64,000 nt of DNA from Eledone cirrhosa (Eukaryota): assembly GCA_964016885.1 (NCBI GenBank), contig OZ024746.1, positions 24,118,001 to 24,182,000 of the forward strand, read 5' to 3'. The notes below the pieces were generated by a model. It searched no databases. It was not told where the DNA came from and worked only from the letters and a program-made list of their open reading frames with translations. Position numbers and translations under genes: made by a program. This document shows positions 41,326 to 54,371 of the stretch, piece after piece (the stretch's first letter is position 1; the number at the start of each line of letters is the position of its first letter).

Positions 41326-41865
41326 GAGATTTTGAGTTTATGTTGGTTGTATACCAACACCTCAGTATGCAGGCTGGAGCACTCGACGAAGTGCGCAGGT
41401 TGGTTTGGTTACTCCGGAGTAGTGTAAAATAAAGTTAAATAAAAGTCAAATGATTAAAATTTAGCTTCGTTTATTACTGCTATATATATTTCAGTGACAG
41501 CCATCTTTGGCTGTGACCTCTTCAGGCAGTTTGAATTAGTATGGTATAGACAAGTACATATGTTGTTTAGGTGTATGATATTGTCAATCCTCTGATATGC
41601 CCAGTTCCTTGTTGGGTTGTTAATTCACTGGGGAACTGGAGTCATGATATGACTCCAGTTCCCCAGTGAATTAACAACCCAACAAGGAACTGGGCATATC
41701 AGAGGATTGACAATATCATACACCTAAACAACATATGTACTTGTCTATACCATACTAATTCAAACTGCCTGAAGAGGTCACAGCCAAAGATGGCTGTCAC
41801 TGAAATATATATAGCAGTAATAAACGAAGCTAAATTTTAATCATTTGACTTTTATTTAACTTTAT
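41326..41865. mobile_element. Palindromic hammerhead element (217-bp arms, 3-nt spacer, ~100-bp left extension)
   Basis: Inverted repeat 41429-41865 centred on 41647 with no mismatch seen; flanked by (TA)n. Confidence 0.9.
41764..41818 (+). ncRNA. Minimal type I hammerhead (mirror on minus strand 41476-41530)
   Basis: ACTGC-CTGAAGA(41769-41775)-GGTCACAGCCA AAGA TGGCTGTCACT-GAAA(41802-41805)-TATATA-TA^GCAGT. Confidence 0.85.
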
Positions 41866-41987
41866 ATATATATATATGTATGTATGCATATATATATATA
41901 TATATATGTATGTATGCATATATATGTGTGCATGTATGTAAATATATACATACTACTGTACATCTGTATACATATATGTATGTACGT

Positions 41988-42048
<61 letters not shown>

Positions 42049-42075
42049 TATATATATATATATATGTATATATGC

Positions 42076-42113
<38 letters not shown>

Positions 42114-42242
42114 GTATGTATGCATATATATAACCCATGCTAGCGTGGAAAATGGACATTAAACGAAGATGATGATGATGATATATATATATATATATGT
42201 ATGCATATATATATATATATATATATGCATATATATATATGC

Positions 42243-42273
<31 letters not shown>

Positions 42274-42308
42274 CATACATATATATATATATACATTATA
42301 TATATATA

Positions 42309-42876
42309 TATAAGTATGTATACATACATACATATATGTATACAGACGTACAGTAGTATGTATATATATATACATACATGCACACATATATATCTGTACA
42401 TATGGATTCACCAAACATTTATTTATTATAATGCTCGGTGTGTTTGTAAACAAACACCCCGTATTAAGCCGTAGTGTCTAGCAACCACTGTTGCTCGTTT
42501 GTTCAACACTGACAAAGGAATACTGTACTAGTTTCAAGCTTGTTAGCTATCGTCAGCAACGTATACCTTCCTCCCAGATAGTTGAACGTCCGAAAGTATA
42601 TACTTTCTTTATGCATATTAATGGCTGAGTAGCCCAATTTGCATATTGAGTGGGTTAATCGGCCGGGTGCACCGAAAACGATAAACGGAAAAAATGAAAC
42701 GAAATTTCATTTCCCACTCTAAGTACGGCTGTTACTTAAATATAAGTATGTATACGTACATACATATATGTTTACAGACGTACAGTAGTATGTATATATA
42801 TATATATACATACATGCATACATATATATATGTACGTATGGATTCACCAAACATTTATTTATAATGCTCGGTGTGT
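42309..42876 (-). mobile_element. ~432-bp monomer with ~135-bp terminal redundancy (retrozyme or pLTR-like)
   Basis: Direct repeats 42309-42443 and 42741-42876; internal hammerhead. Confidence 0.7.
42515..42569 (-). ncRNA. Minimal type I hammerhead
   Basis: Minus strand: AAGGTATACGTTG-CTGACGA-TAGCT AACA AGCTT-GAAA-CTAG-TA^CAGTATTCCTT. Confidence 0.7.
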
Positions 42877-44377
42877 ATATATATATATATATAATATATA
42901 TATGTGATTTGCTTTTAATGTTAAGTAATTGGAAAAGCGTATTTTAGGTGGTGTGTTTTGATTAGTTTAGGCTTGAATGGGGTTGTGTAATGAAAATTTA
43001 TATATATTGTATCATGATCTCCATTGAACGGGCTCTAGTATAAAGAATATTTCTGTTGTGGCTTTAATTCTATTTATTTATTTTAATTAAGTGGGCAATT
43101 TTATTTTGTTTGACATCTTTTAACTAGCTTAGGATTGTATTCTATATGTTGGACAGGATTGTATAAGGAAAAATTATATTATAGGCTTGATAGACATGGC
43201 CTGGGTCAATACTAACCAAAACCTAACTTAATAGCACCACCTGGCGAAGTCTTTCAAATCAGGATTTGGACACTACCATGCCCACTCAAGTAGAGAGTTA
43301 TTGTTTTTGGAGATGCATGCATTTGTAAGAGGTTTACCCGGAATTTCTTGGAAGGATTTGTCCAAAGACTTTTTGAAATTTATGGGACCTGCTTCTGTTT
43401 TTGTGTGTTTTGATGTAATGTTAAAGATAGCAGGACAAGTTGAAGTGAAATAATTGTGCTGTAATGTTAAGAGATGCGAGTTTGATTTTTATTGTGGGCG
43501 GATAGGACGGGCCCCAAGCCTTAGGTGTATTTTAAAGATGATGCCAACATCATTTGGGCAATGCTTATGGAATATTTTCCACATCATGTAGATAATGTAG
43601 CTATATTATATAACTTCAACACAGAGTATTTATATTTATAGCCATAGGTCTAAGTCAGGACTAATGTTTTGTGCTTAAAATACTTATCAAACACACACAC
43701 ACATGTATATATGCATATAACAGTTGCATATACATACATATGTGGATACATTTATGCACACACAGACATACATATATATATATATGGAAACAATATACGG
43801 ATATGATGCTTTTTGCCCTTTTGAAGACACAGAGACCTTTCTGACTGAAATTGCGAATAACAGATAGCATCAGCAATGGAAAGACCAATGGAAACATTTG
43901 TTTCCATTGTCTGATCTGATGATCAGCTCCTTCTTCTGCCAGCAGTTGTGACTGACAGATAGTATCAAAAATGGAAAGACCAATGGAAACATTGTTTCCT
44001 TCGGTCCAATCTGATGATTGGCTCCTTTCCTTTCCTTTTTTAGACATAAAAATATTACATACTCTGACTTGAAACTGTCTTAATAATCTAAATCAATAAT
44101 TCTAATCATATCTTTAGCTTTGTTAGCTAAAACTCTGATAGGTGGTTGGCATGGTTATTTGTTTAAGGAGTTCACTTTGCCACTATGTGGGTTCACATTT
44201 GGTCCCACTGCAGTGTGAATTGAGCAAGTTTCTTTTACTAGAGTCCTCAGTTGACCAATGCAATGTTTTGTGATTAAAATTGCATAGATAGAAACTGTAC
44301 AGATGCCCTTCATGTATGGTATGTATGATGTTTGTGTATGTATATATACATGTATATATGTATGAATATTATATATA

Positions 44378-44710
44378 TATGATAATTTCCTTCGAATGAA
44401 ACAGTTCTAGTCCTGTAGAAGCCATTTCTATATTAAATATTTATACTCTGCTATGTATTGAGTACCTTACTTACTGTGGTTACCCTCGATTGAACCCAGG
44501 ATACACACACATATGTAGATGCCCGAGTTGTGCAGGGGGAAGGGTAACCACAGTTAAAGAAGGTACTCAATACATTGGTAGAATATAGACATCTTTATTA
44601 TATAAATATATATATAGAGAGAGAAATGACTTCTACAAGACTAGAACTGTTTCATTAATATGAAATTATCATACAAATGAAACAGTTCTAGTCCTGTAGA
44701 AGTTATTTAT
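44378..44710. mobile_element. Degraded pLTR-like copies in direct, inverted, direct arrangement
   Basis: AATGAAACAGTTCTAGTCCTGTAGAAG at ~44395 and ~44677 (+) and inverted at ~44630-44656; GTATTGAGTAC motif in both orientations. Confidence 0.6.
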
Positions 44711-46202
44711 ATGTATATATGTATGCATGCAAAAAGTAAACAGAAACAACAAAGCAAAGACCAAAGTACAATGAAGAAATATATTAGTTTAAAGCTTGAT
44801 ATAGTAGGAAAAGAATCTTTACATTTTTGACACTATATATAAACATGAAAAATAGGAAAATAGATGTAAAACAGTGATGATGATGATGATAATTTTTTCT
44901 TTCATAATCAATTTTCCATAACTTATCATTTGTAAAGTCTTCTCTTGTAGCAGATAAATGAAATCATCATCATTATTATGTGTGTGTGTGTGCGTGTGTG
45001 TGTGTGTGTGTGTGCATGTGTATGTGAGTGAGTGCGTGCATGTGTGTGAATATATTATTCTCATAAAAACCATATTGATATATTAATGGATGAGTTTTAT
45101 GTATAACCATACATAAAAATAGTCAAACATTAACTGAGTGTACATTCAATACATATAAATGGAGTATAATATATTTCATTTTATAATTGACAGGTCAACA
45201 TTGACTTCAAAGTTTTGCCTGCAGTTGGCTTTGTCAGATTGCTCTGACAAAACCTTCTAGATGGTTCCATAGATTAACAACCTTAACACACAACACACTG
45301 CTAGCTTTTGTTTCACAGCTACAGAGAAATGCTTCAGAACCAACTAGAGCACTTCTGTGATTTCTTTATGAATGCTATAAACTTTGATTCTTGCTCGATC
45401 ATCTTCCATCCTGAATAGCCAAGAGAATGTCAGTCCTTATGTTTCAAACATAAAAAATATTTAATTACTATTTGAAATGACTATTTGTTTTATATTTTGT
45501 TTTTACTTCTTATGGTCTTTAGCTGTAGTATAGGGCTTCCTATTTTTGAATTACTACTTTAAATAACTTCTTGCTTTTTTATGGTCCTTTGCTGTAGTAT
45601 ATGTCTTCCTATTTGTATGGTACAGTTACAGAGTAACATTACAAAACAGCCTTCATACAAAAAGAAGTTTTGAGGTGGGAGAGAATACCTGATGGCAGGA
45701 ACATAGTTTCACTTCTTGTAAAGATACCAACCTGCCCACCTATCTGCAAGTCACCTGGTTTACATTTCTGTTCATTCCCTTTGTATCCACTAAACAAAGA
45801 TAGTTTCCTCTTTCTGAAACTACATTTGCAAAGTTGTGCCTTTAGCAATGAGACCAAAACAACAACAACAAAAGGACAAAGAAGAAAATAAAAGCTACCA
45901 TAATTATTTGTATAACTTTTACTGTTTGCAAACAAACATATGCATAAATAATACAATGTATATGTGTATGTCTACATATATACATACATAGAACCACATC
46001 ATGTATGCCTGTGTATGTGTGTTTACACACAAATGTACACAGACATGTGTGTGTGTTATGTGCATGGGCACTAACACATATAATGTATATGTATGTTTGC
46101 AAAGTGGATGTATGAGTACAAGAGAGTATGAGAAGGTTAGAGGGGAAGAAAGAGAGTAAGAGAATGAAAGGTTGATGAAAGAGAGAGGGGGAATTATACA
46201 CA

Positions 46203-46235
<33 letters not shown>

Positions 46236-46269
46236 AGAGAGAGAGAGAGATGTAAAATATATATAGAAG

Positions 46270-46410
46270 GATATGTAAAATCTCAACTGTGGCACCGCAG
46301 TTGGGATTTTACATATCTCTACACCAACTCTGCGTCTCCCCATGTGTACTCCCATGATTAGTGGTCTCCAAGGTCTCAGAACCACAGACTTCCCCCCCCT
46401 CCCCTCTCTC
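46270..46410 (+). mobile_element. Short hairpin pLTR-like element, homologous to 34285-34355
   Basis: GATATGTAAAATCTCAACTG..CAGTTGGGATTTTACATATC palindrome plus extension CTGCRTCTCCCCATG..CATGATT.GTGGTCTCC. Confidence 0.55.
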
Positions 46411-47731
46411 AATATATATATATATATATTGCACGGACTGAAAGATACATACAGTAGGCACCTCTGAACTACTATACACCTCCTATGCCCCAACACCCAC
46501 CCACTTCTGTTCACACCACCCTTATACTGTAAAGTTGCCGTGTTATGATCACAGCAAAAAGTATCTAGCCCACACTGTAAAGTGGTCATATAGGTGCCAC
46601 AACAAAAAGCACCCAGCCCACATAGTAAAGTGGTTGTGTAGGTGTCATGACAAAGAACACCCAGCCCTCACTGTAAAGTGGTCATTATAGTTGTAAAGGT
46701 ACATCAATGACTGAAGGACCAAGAGATTGTGTTTAAGTACACCCTTCAAAACAACTTTGCTTTTGGGCCTCTTATGATCCTGCCAATCCAATGTCCCTTA
46801 TATATGAAATAGTAATTAATGATTGTTTCTAATTTAGGCACAAGGCCAGCAATTTTTTTTTTTTTTGGGGGGGGGGGGGATGACAGTGATTTGTCAATTA
46901 TATCAACTCATGTATTTGACTGGTACTTTCATCATAATTTTTAGTAAGAAACTATATTTGATAATGAGAAAATTAGTTACATTACTAAATACTTCCAAAT
47001 TCATGATTATTTTTTAAATCACAGGCAGTGTCTTTCATCAGAATTACTTGTTACGAAAGGGTTAATAGTCCACCATATACCACACACACATATGCACATG
47101 CAAAAAAAATGCAAAACATAGATTTTTGTTTTTTTTATACCTATTTGTTTTGTCAACTGCAAAACTGTGTGGGGAAAATTGCAATCCTGATGTTGTTCGT
47201 AAATTTTTTCTTTGATTAAACACTGAAAGATAGAAATATTCGTTTGGTTTTTGTCTAACAGAACTGAAAGCAATCATTAGGCAAATACATTGTTAAAAAT
47301 GGAATCTCTCTTGAGAAATCATTTAGCAGAATAACTGAAAGAAGCCTCATTTTAATGAACAGCATTCATTTAAAATCGTATTTTTTCCATGATGAAAATA
47401 TTTCAGAGACCCTGTAGTTACCATATAGTTTATAGTAGAGAGATTTTGAATTTTAGAAGAAATATTCGATACCTTGGAAAATTCTGATTTGAAATCCTTG
47501 AGGGTAATAAATTTGTTGAAACAAATTATAATGATGTGAAGAGACATCTTGTGGAGAATGTTGTCAACTCACAGCACTATTGAGTTGGAGGAAAAAGTTC
47601 ATTATGTCAAATCTAACAGAGAATGTCCTCAATATACACCAATATTGCATTTGGCTAAAGTTTGTTATGCAGAACCAAGCAGAGCATGCACCAATATTGA
47701 ATTTGGGAGAGATCATTATATATCTTGAGTG

Positions 47732-49010
47732 GAAGGCATGTGGTTTAGTGGTAAGGACTTACAATCATAACGTCATGGGTTTGATTACTGGACTGGGTTG
47801 TGTGGTGTTCTTGAACAAAACACTTCATTTATTGTTGCTCCAGTATACTCAGCTGAAAATGCGTACCAGCAATAGCTGTGGGGGGGGGGGGGGGTTAACC
47901 CTGCGATGGTCAGGCTACCTGTGCAGGGGAGAGTCTTGTACTCTCAACCACTTCATGCCACAAAAACCAGGATAAGCACCAGCCTGATGAGCCTCGCGAT
48001 GGATGCCAGTCCATCACAAGGTTAAACTCCCAGCTACTGTTGGCATTCATTTTCAGCTGAGTATACTGGAGCAACATGAAATGAAGTGTTTTGCTCAATA
48101 ATATAACAAACAACCTAATCCAGGAACCCACAATGTTATGATCATGAGTCTAACAATCTTACCACTCGGCTACACTCCTCCACAATCCACTATATGATTC
48201 GCCCTAAATGGGAGACCGTGTACCTATGTAAGATATCAGTAGATTGGTGTAAGAGAGTAATGTGAAGTATGAGTTACTAAGGGAGACCATGATATAGTTT
48301 GGGTTTCAGTTACATAAAAGGAAAGGGGCTCCTCATTCAATTTCGACTGGCTCTAGGCTCTGCATCTTTGACTGACTGACCATAGGTTTGCCCCTCTGAG
48401 GCACAAACTTGGGTGATGATGTTTTGTGGAAGATCAATTGTCACTATGCATGCAAGCTTCCCCTCTCCATAAAATTGATGATGCCCAAGGGAAAGGCAAA
48501 GGCCAAGACAGATTTGGATCAATGTCATATCAACTTATATTTTACCAGCTGAGTGCACTGGGGCAACATGAAATAAAGTATCTTACTCAAGGACACAACA
48601 TGCTGTCTGATCCAGGAATCAAACTCAAGACCTTATGATTATAGGCCATCTGAACCACAAACCTCCATTAAAGACCCCCTTCAGTCACGAATGACCATGG
48701 GATTTGCATCTAGAATGTTTTCCTCCAAGACACAAGTCTGAGCAAAGGTGTTTGTGGAAGACTAACAGGCACCCATAAATACCAGTCTCCTCTCTCCACA
48801 CCACCGATGTTGTCCAAGGAAAAGGCAAAGGCCAATACAGCTTGGCACCAGTGATGTTGCAACTTATTTCTACAGCTGAATAAACACGAGTAACATGAAA
48901 TAAAGTGTCTTCTTCAAGAACACAACGCATTGCCCAGTCTGGGAATCAAACTCACAACCTCACCATTGTAAACCTGATGCTCTAACCACCAAGTCATGTC
49001 CCTTCACATA
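47732..49010. mobile_element. Cluster of degraded family A-related SINEs in both orientations
   Basis: tRNA-like heads and CTTGARCAARACACTT cores at ~47732-47990 (+), 47995-48185 (-), 48460-48660 (-) and 48690-49010 (-). Confidence 0.65.
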
Positions 49011-51409
49011 GTGTGTTATACAAAATTTTCAAAAGCATTTTCCTACATTAAAAAAGGGGGAACTTCTCATGATGCTGAAATAGAATTTAAAAATTGCCTG
49101 AGAAGATTTCAGCTCTGTTGTGAAAATTTCATTTCTATTTCAACTCTTTGATTATAATTTCAAATATTTATAATATACTTCAACAACCATGAAATATATG
49201 ACATCACATCTCCTCCAGCAATAATTACTACATAAGACAAATTATATTGGAAATACACTTCATCCTTCATTACAATGAAACATTTATAAGAGTTTTACAC
49301 AATTATACAGAAATTTGCATGCATTACAGAAATTATATAACTGAAATAAATGCAGTGATGTTGTTGCTGCTGTTACAACTGTTGTTGTTAGTGCTCTTGT
49401 TATTAGTGTTGTTGTTGCTGTTGCTGCTGCTCTGTTGCTGATATTGCTAATGTGGTTATTTTGTTATTGTTGTCACAGTTATTGTTTTGTAGCTGCTGCT
49501 GCTGTTGTTGTTGTTACCACAATTATTGTTGTTGCTGTTGTCATCGTCACTATCATTGTTGTTGTCATCACTGTTATTGCTGCTGCTATTGGTGGTGGTG
49601 ATGATGAGGATGCTGATGGTGGTGATGTTGATGATGTTTCTAATATTGTTGTTGCTGTTGTAGTCACTGTTACTGTGTTTTTTTTGTTGTTGTCTTAGAT
49701 CTCAGATCTATAGACAGTATGATAATTATTCGTTAGATTAAGTTATCAAAATTAGGTGCCAGAAATGGAGTCTCATTAAAATTTATTCCATAAAAATGTC
49801 ATTGTGACTTCATTAGAGAGTAATTAATACTCTTAAGAATTTATTGCTTTCTCAGCTGACTGGTTACGATGTGGACATAGCATGGCTGAATGGTTAAAAA
49901 GTTGGTTTCACAACCATTAGCTCCCAGGTTCAATCTTATCATGTGGCATTTTTGGGCAAGTATTATTTACCATAGTCTCAGGTCAACCAAAGCCTTATGA
50001 GTGAAATTATGGAGAGGGAAACTGTTTTGAAGCCCATATAATGGACAGTACTTGTAATGCAAAGCGTCACTCAGCTTTGAGAGACACTGTGTCAATCTGG
50101 ATCTCCTTAAGAATTACATTAAGGGTACAAGTGTGTTTGGAATACTCAGCCACTTACACAGTAATTTCACTGGCAGGCTGGCCTGTTGATTGAAAAACTG
50201 GAATACTTGATGTTAAGACTGGTGGAGGTCCATTTCATTATTTTACCCAGTCCAACCTGTCAGTAGGGCGTTTTGGTGCCACAATAAAAAGCACCCAGTC
50301 CACCCTGTGGTCGTGTTGGTGACAACGAAAATCCAACCTGTCAGTTAGTCGTTTTGGTGACAGAATAAAAACCACCCACTCCAGGCTATAAATGTGGATG
50401 GCGTTAGGAAGGGCATCCAGTCGTAGAAACCAAGCCAGAAACAGTTCTGTATGAGCAAGACACGGTCATCTAATCTAGCTTGTCTCACAACAAGACAACT
50501 TGTGTAACCTTTGCTTGCATGGAAAAATGGATGTTGAACATTGATGATGTTTGGTTAGAGAGTTTGCCTCATGATCATAAATTTGTGGGTTCAATACCTG
50601 CGCTAGGCAGCACATTGTAACCTTGAATGAAGTATGTCATTTCACAGTACTCCAGTTCTCTCTGTTAAATGTTGAATACCAGCAGCAGCAGGTGGGCATT
50701 AATCTTGCAACAGACTGAGGTTCCATCCCAGTGGACGTCTTGTACTGTCAGTCATTTAACTTCAGTGAAACTTGTCCAAGGTGCCACACAAGCAGTATGT
50801 AGCTTAGTTACCTTAAATCTCACAAAAACCAACCAGACCATTATTCTTCATTGTGTGTCTCTTATAGTCTCTTATTTCAGACAATCAACTTAATAAACCA
50901 CAAGAGACTAAATATACCTTGTAAATGTTGTGACTTAACTGGCAAGTGTGAGGACTGATGATGTTTCTTGTCATTTAAGACAAATGCTTTAATTAACAAA
51001 GCAAAATATACTCAAGTAGAAAACAGCCAGAACAATGTCAAAACATTGTGAAGATATATGATTTTCCCTCCCTCCATCTCACCTCTCCACTCACTGACCT
51101 CATCTTTCCAATTCCTCCCCCTCCTCCTATTCTTTCTCCATTAAAGACAGACATAACTAAAATGTCATCAATGATTGCAATCTAATGCTACACATCATGG
51201 CCGCTGTCTTTCACATTTCTCTCAAGGGGTTGAGTTTTTCTTTTTTTCCTGTATATATTACACTCTTCTCTATTTCACTATTTATTGCAAAGAAAACATC
51301 CATCTTCTGAGGTTAGTTGGTGTTTTTCTTCAAGTCTACTACTACTAATACTACTAGAACAATAACAACTACTACTACTACTACTATTTCTACTACTGGT
51401 ATAACAATA

Positions 51410-51880
51410 TTGGTTTCTAATTTAGGCACAATGCCAACAATTTGGAGTAGTGGGTGGGGGAGTAAATTGCTGCAACCTCAGTGCAAGACTCGTACTTTTA
51501 TTTTATTGATCCCAGAAGAATAAAAGAGGAAGCTGATCATAGCAGGATTTGAACTCAGAACATATAGGCCCTTAACCTAATGCTGCAAAGGACTGTAACT
51601 CTATGCCACGAAGCATGGTGTCCGAGGCTCTACCGATACTGCCCATCCACCACCTTAATAATGATTTCTATCATAGGCACAAGGCCAGCAATTTTGGGGG
51701 CGAAGAAAGTCAATTAAATTAACTCCAGTGCATTACTGGTAGTTTATTTTATCGACCCAGTAAGGATGAAAGGTAAAGCTAACTTTGGTGTGATTTGAAC
51801 TCAGAACATAAAGGACCATAACTATGCTGCGAAGCATGGTGTCTGATGCTCTACCAATACTGCCCACCCACCACCCTTAA
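51410..51880 (-). mobile_element. SINE family B copies
   Basis: Reverse-complement heads CTCTACC.ATACTGCCCA.CCACC and Nin-like core. Confidence 0.75.
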
Positions 51881-51931
51881 TAATAATAATAATATTTATA
51901 GCCATAACAAAACAAGAATGATGTAGTACAC

Positions 51932-52565
51932 CAGGGATGAATTAACCATTAAGTAAAACAAGACCATGCTTAAGATATCAAGGGAAAAGAGGTACCGTTT
52001 TATTGAAATTTAATGTATTTGTCATTAAAAAAAGTTTTTGGTAGATATAGAGTGATGTATTGATATGCAGTGACGCTATAAAACAGCTTATAAAATAGCC
52101 TCCTAGCTGCTGATGGTGACTTTTTTTCCGTCTTTAACCCTTTAGCATTTACATTATTCTATATTTACTATTATATTTTCATGGTAAAGGCTTCATCTCA
52201 CATAATTATCTCCCATAATATCGAATCTACCAGATTTCGATATTATATATTTTGAAAACAATACCTTCACATCGGCATGAGCGTTTGTTTACATCCAATT
52301 TAAACAGAAAGAGGTGAGAGAATTCTGGCTGAATATGGCTCATTTAAATGCTAAAAGGTTAAGGGTATTCACCCTATTTTATAAGCTATTTTATAGCATC
52401 TCTGTGCATGAACATACCATTCTTTATATTAAATTTAATTCCTCAGCACTATGTAAAAATCTGAGAGATCGGCTATGTATACAAGATGTTTTTTGTGTAG
52501 TTTATATATGGGAAACATCATAATCTTTTAAATGTTTAGGGCTTCAAAGACTTAATCTGGCCCTA
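51932..52565. mobile_element. hAT-like non-autonomous element
   Basis: Ends CAGGGATGAATTAA / TTAATCTGGCCCTA; 8-bp TSD TAGTACAC (51924-51931) / CAGTACAC (52566-52573). Confidence 0.5.
52138..52358. mobile_element. piggyBac-like MITE
   Basis: TTAA-CCCTTTAGCATTTA..TAAATGCTAAAAGG-TTAA. Confidence 0.8.
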
Positions 52566-52699
52566 CAGTACACCAACATGAGTTCGTATTCTCCTAACAT
52601 ACACACAAATAAGAACACAATGCTGCACACACCTGAGGAACATATGGGTGCACCAGGCGATATAGCAGAAATTCACATGAAACTATTCAAGAAATAATA

Positions 52700-53020
52700 A
52701 TAATTGTTTCAACATTTGGGAAAAGCAGATTAAATTGACCCAGTACATTATTGGTGCTTTATTTCATCAACCCCATAAGGATTAAAGGTAAAACTAACCT
52801 TGGTGGCATTTGAACTCAGAATGTAAAGGGTCATAACTATATGCCACAAAGAAGTGATGGATAATGCTGATAATAATGGTTTCTGATTTAGGCACAAGGC
52901 CAACAATTTGGGGGAAAGCGAAAGTTGATTAAATCGACCCAGTGTATTACTGGTATTTTATTTTATCGACCCCGTAAGGATGAAAGGCAAAGCTAACCTC
53001 GGTGGGATTTGAACTCAGGA
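52700..53020 (-). mobile_element. Two SINE family B copies
   Basis: Core TTTATTTTATCGACCCCGTAAGGATGAAAGGCAAAG. Confidence 0.75.
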
Positions 53021-53074
53021 TGTATGCCTGTGTGCATGTTGTGCTTATGCATATATGTCTTTGTGTATCATCAT

Positions 53075-53121
<47 letters not shown>

Positions 53122-53239
53122 GTGCATGTGTGTATAGAACATTTACTATTTACCATCTCACCAATCTCTCTATGTGTGTACCTGTGTCTGTGTTTATGTA
53201 TGTATGTATGCATATATGTGAGTGAGTGAATGCATGTTT

Positions 53240-54055
53240 ATGTGAATGTATGTGTGTGTGTGTGTATGTGTGTGTGTGTGTATGTGTGTGTATGTGAGTT
53301 TGTATGTGCGTATATGTGAGTGGATATATGTATGTGTGTGTGTGTATGTGAGTTTGTATGTGTGTCTATGTGAGTTTGTATGTGTGTCTATGTGAGTGGA
53401 TATATGTATATGTGTCTATGTGAGTGGATATATGTGAGTGGATATATGTGTGTGTGTGTGTGTATGTGTGTGTATGTGAGTTTGTATGTGTGTCTATGTG
53501 AGTGGATATATGTATGTGTGTCTATGTGAGTGGATATATGTATGTGTGTGTGTATGTGAGTTTGAATGTGTATATATGTGAGTGGATATATGTGTGTGTG
53601 TGTGTGTGAATGTGAGTTTGTATGTGTGTCTATGTGAGTGGATATATGTATGTGTGTCTATGTGAGTGGATATATGTATGTGTGTGTGTATGTGAGTTTG
53701 AATGTGTATATATGTGTGTGTGTGTGTGTGTGTGTATGTGAGTTTGTATGTGTGTCTATGTGAGTGGATATATGTATGTGTGTCTATGTGAGTGGATATA
53801 TGTATGTGTGTGTGTATGTGAGTTTGAATGTGTATATATGTGAGTGGATATATGTGTGTGTGTGTGTGTATGTGAGTTTGTATGTGTGTCTATGTGAGTG
53901 GATATATGTATGTGTGTCTATGTGAGTGGATATATGTATGTGAGTTTGAATGTGTATATGTGAGTGGATATATGTGTGTGTGTGTGTGTATGTGAGTTTG
54001 TATGTGTGTATATGTGAGTGGAAATATGTATGTGTGTGTGTGTGTGCGTGCGTGC
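53240..54055. repeat. TG-rich minisatellite (TATGTGAGTGGATATATG.. / TATGTGAGTTTG..)
   Basis: Directly visible. Confidence 0.9.
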
Positions 54056-54371
54056 ATGTAATATTTGCAGAAAAATAGATAATGGTTGTTAAGTGAAGCA
54101 TTCTCCTAACAGAGTTATTTCAGCTCCGTTTACATTTAATTTGTCATTGTCTCCTTCTGTGTCTGGGTGGGGGTTGACTCATCACCACCACCTTTAGGTA
54201 GGGTGATAGTGAGGGTGTGGTCTCTAGAGGGAATAATTTTAATCTGGACAGAACATATAAACATATAACCCCAGCACACACCGCAAGGACATGTCATGTC
54301 GCCCTAACTGTCTGGAAACCCCAAAAGATACCACACTGCTCCTACTTCTGCTTCTTATATCACATCACTTA

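Noticed and set aside
42930-43640. Possible degraded Penelope ORF next to the hammerhead elements
   Set aside because: No RT or GIY-YIG motifs could be read; needs tBLASTn/HMM testing.
45344-45850. Possible minus-strand coding exons (MEDDRARIKVYSIHKEITEVL*)
   Set aside because: Weak splice sites, no recognisable homology, no consistent exon chain.
47480-47600. Possible pogo/Tigger transposase remnant
   Set aside because: Similarity too vague to support.
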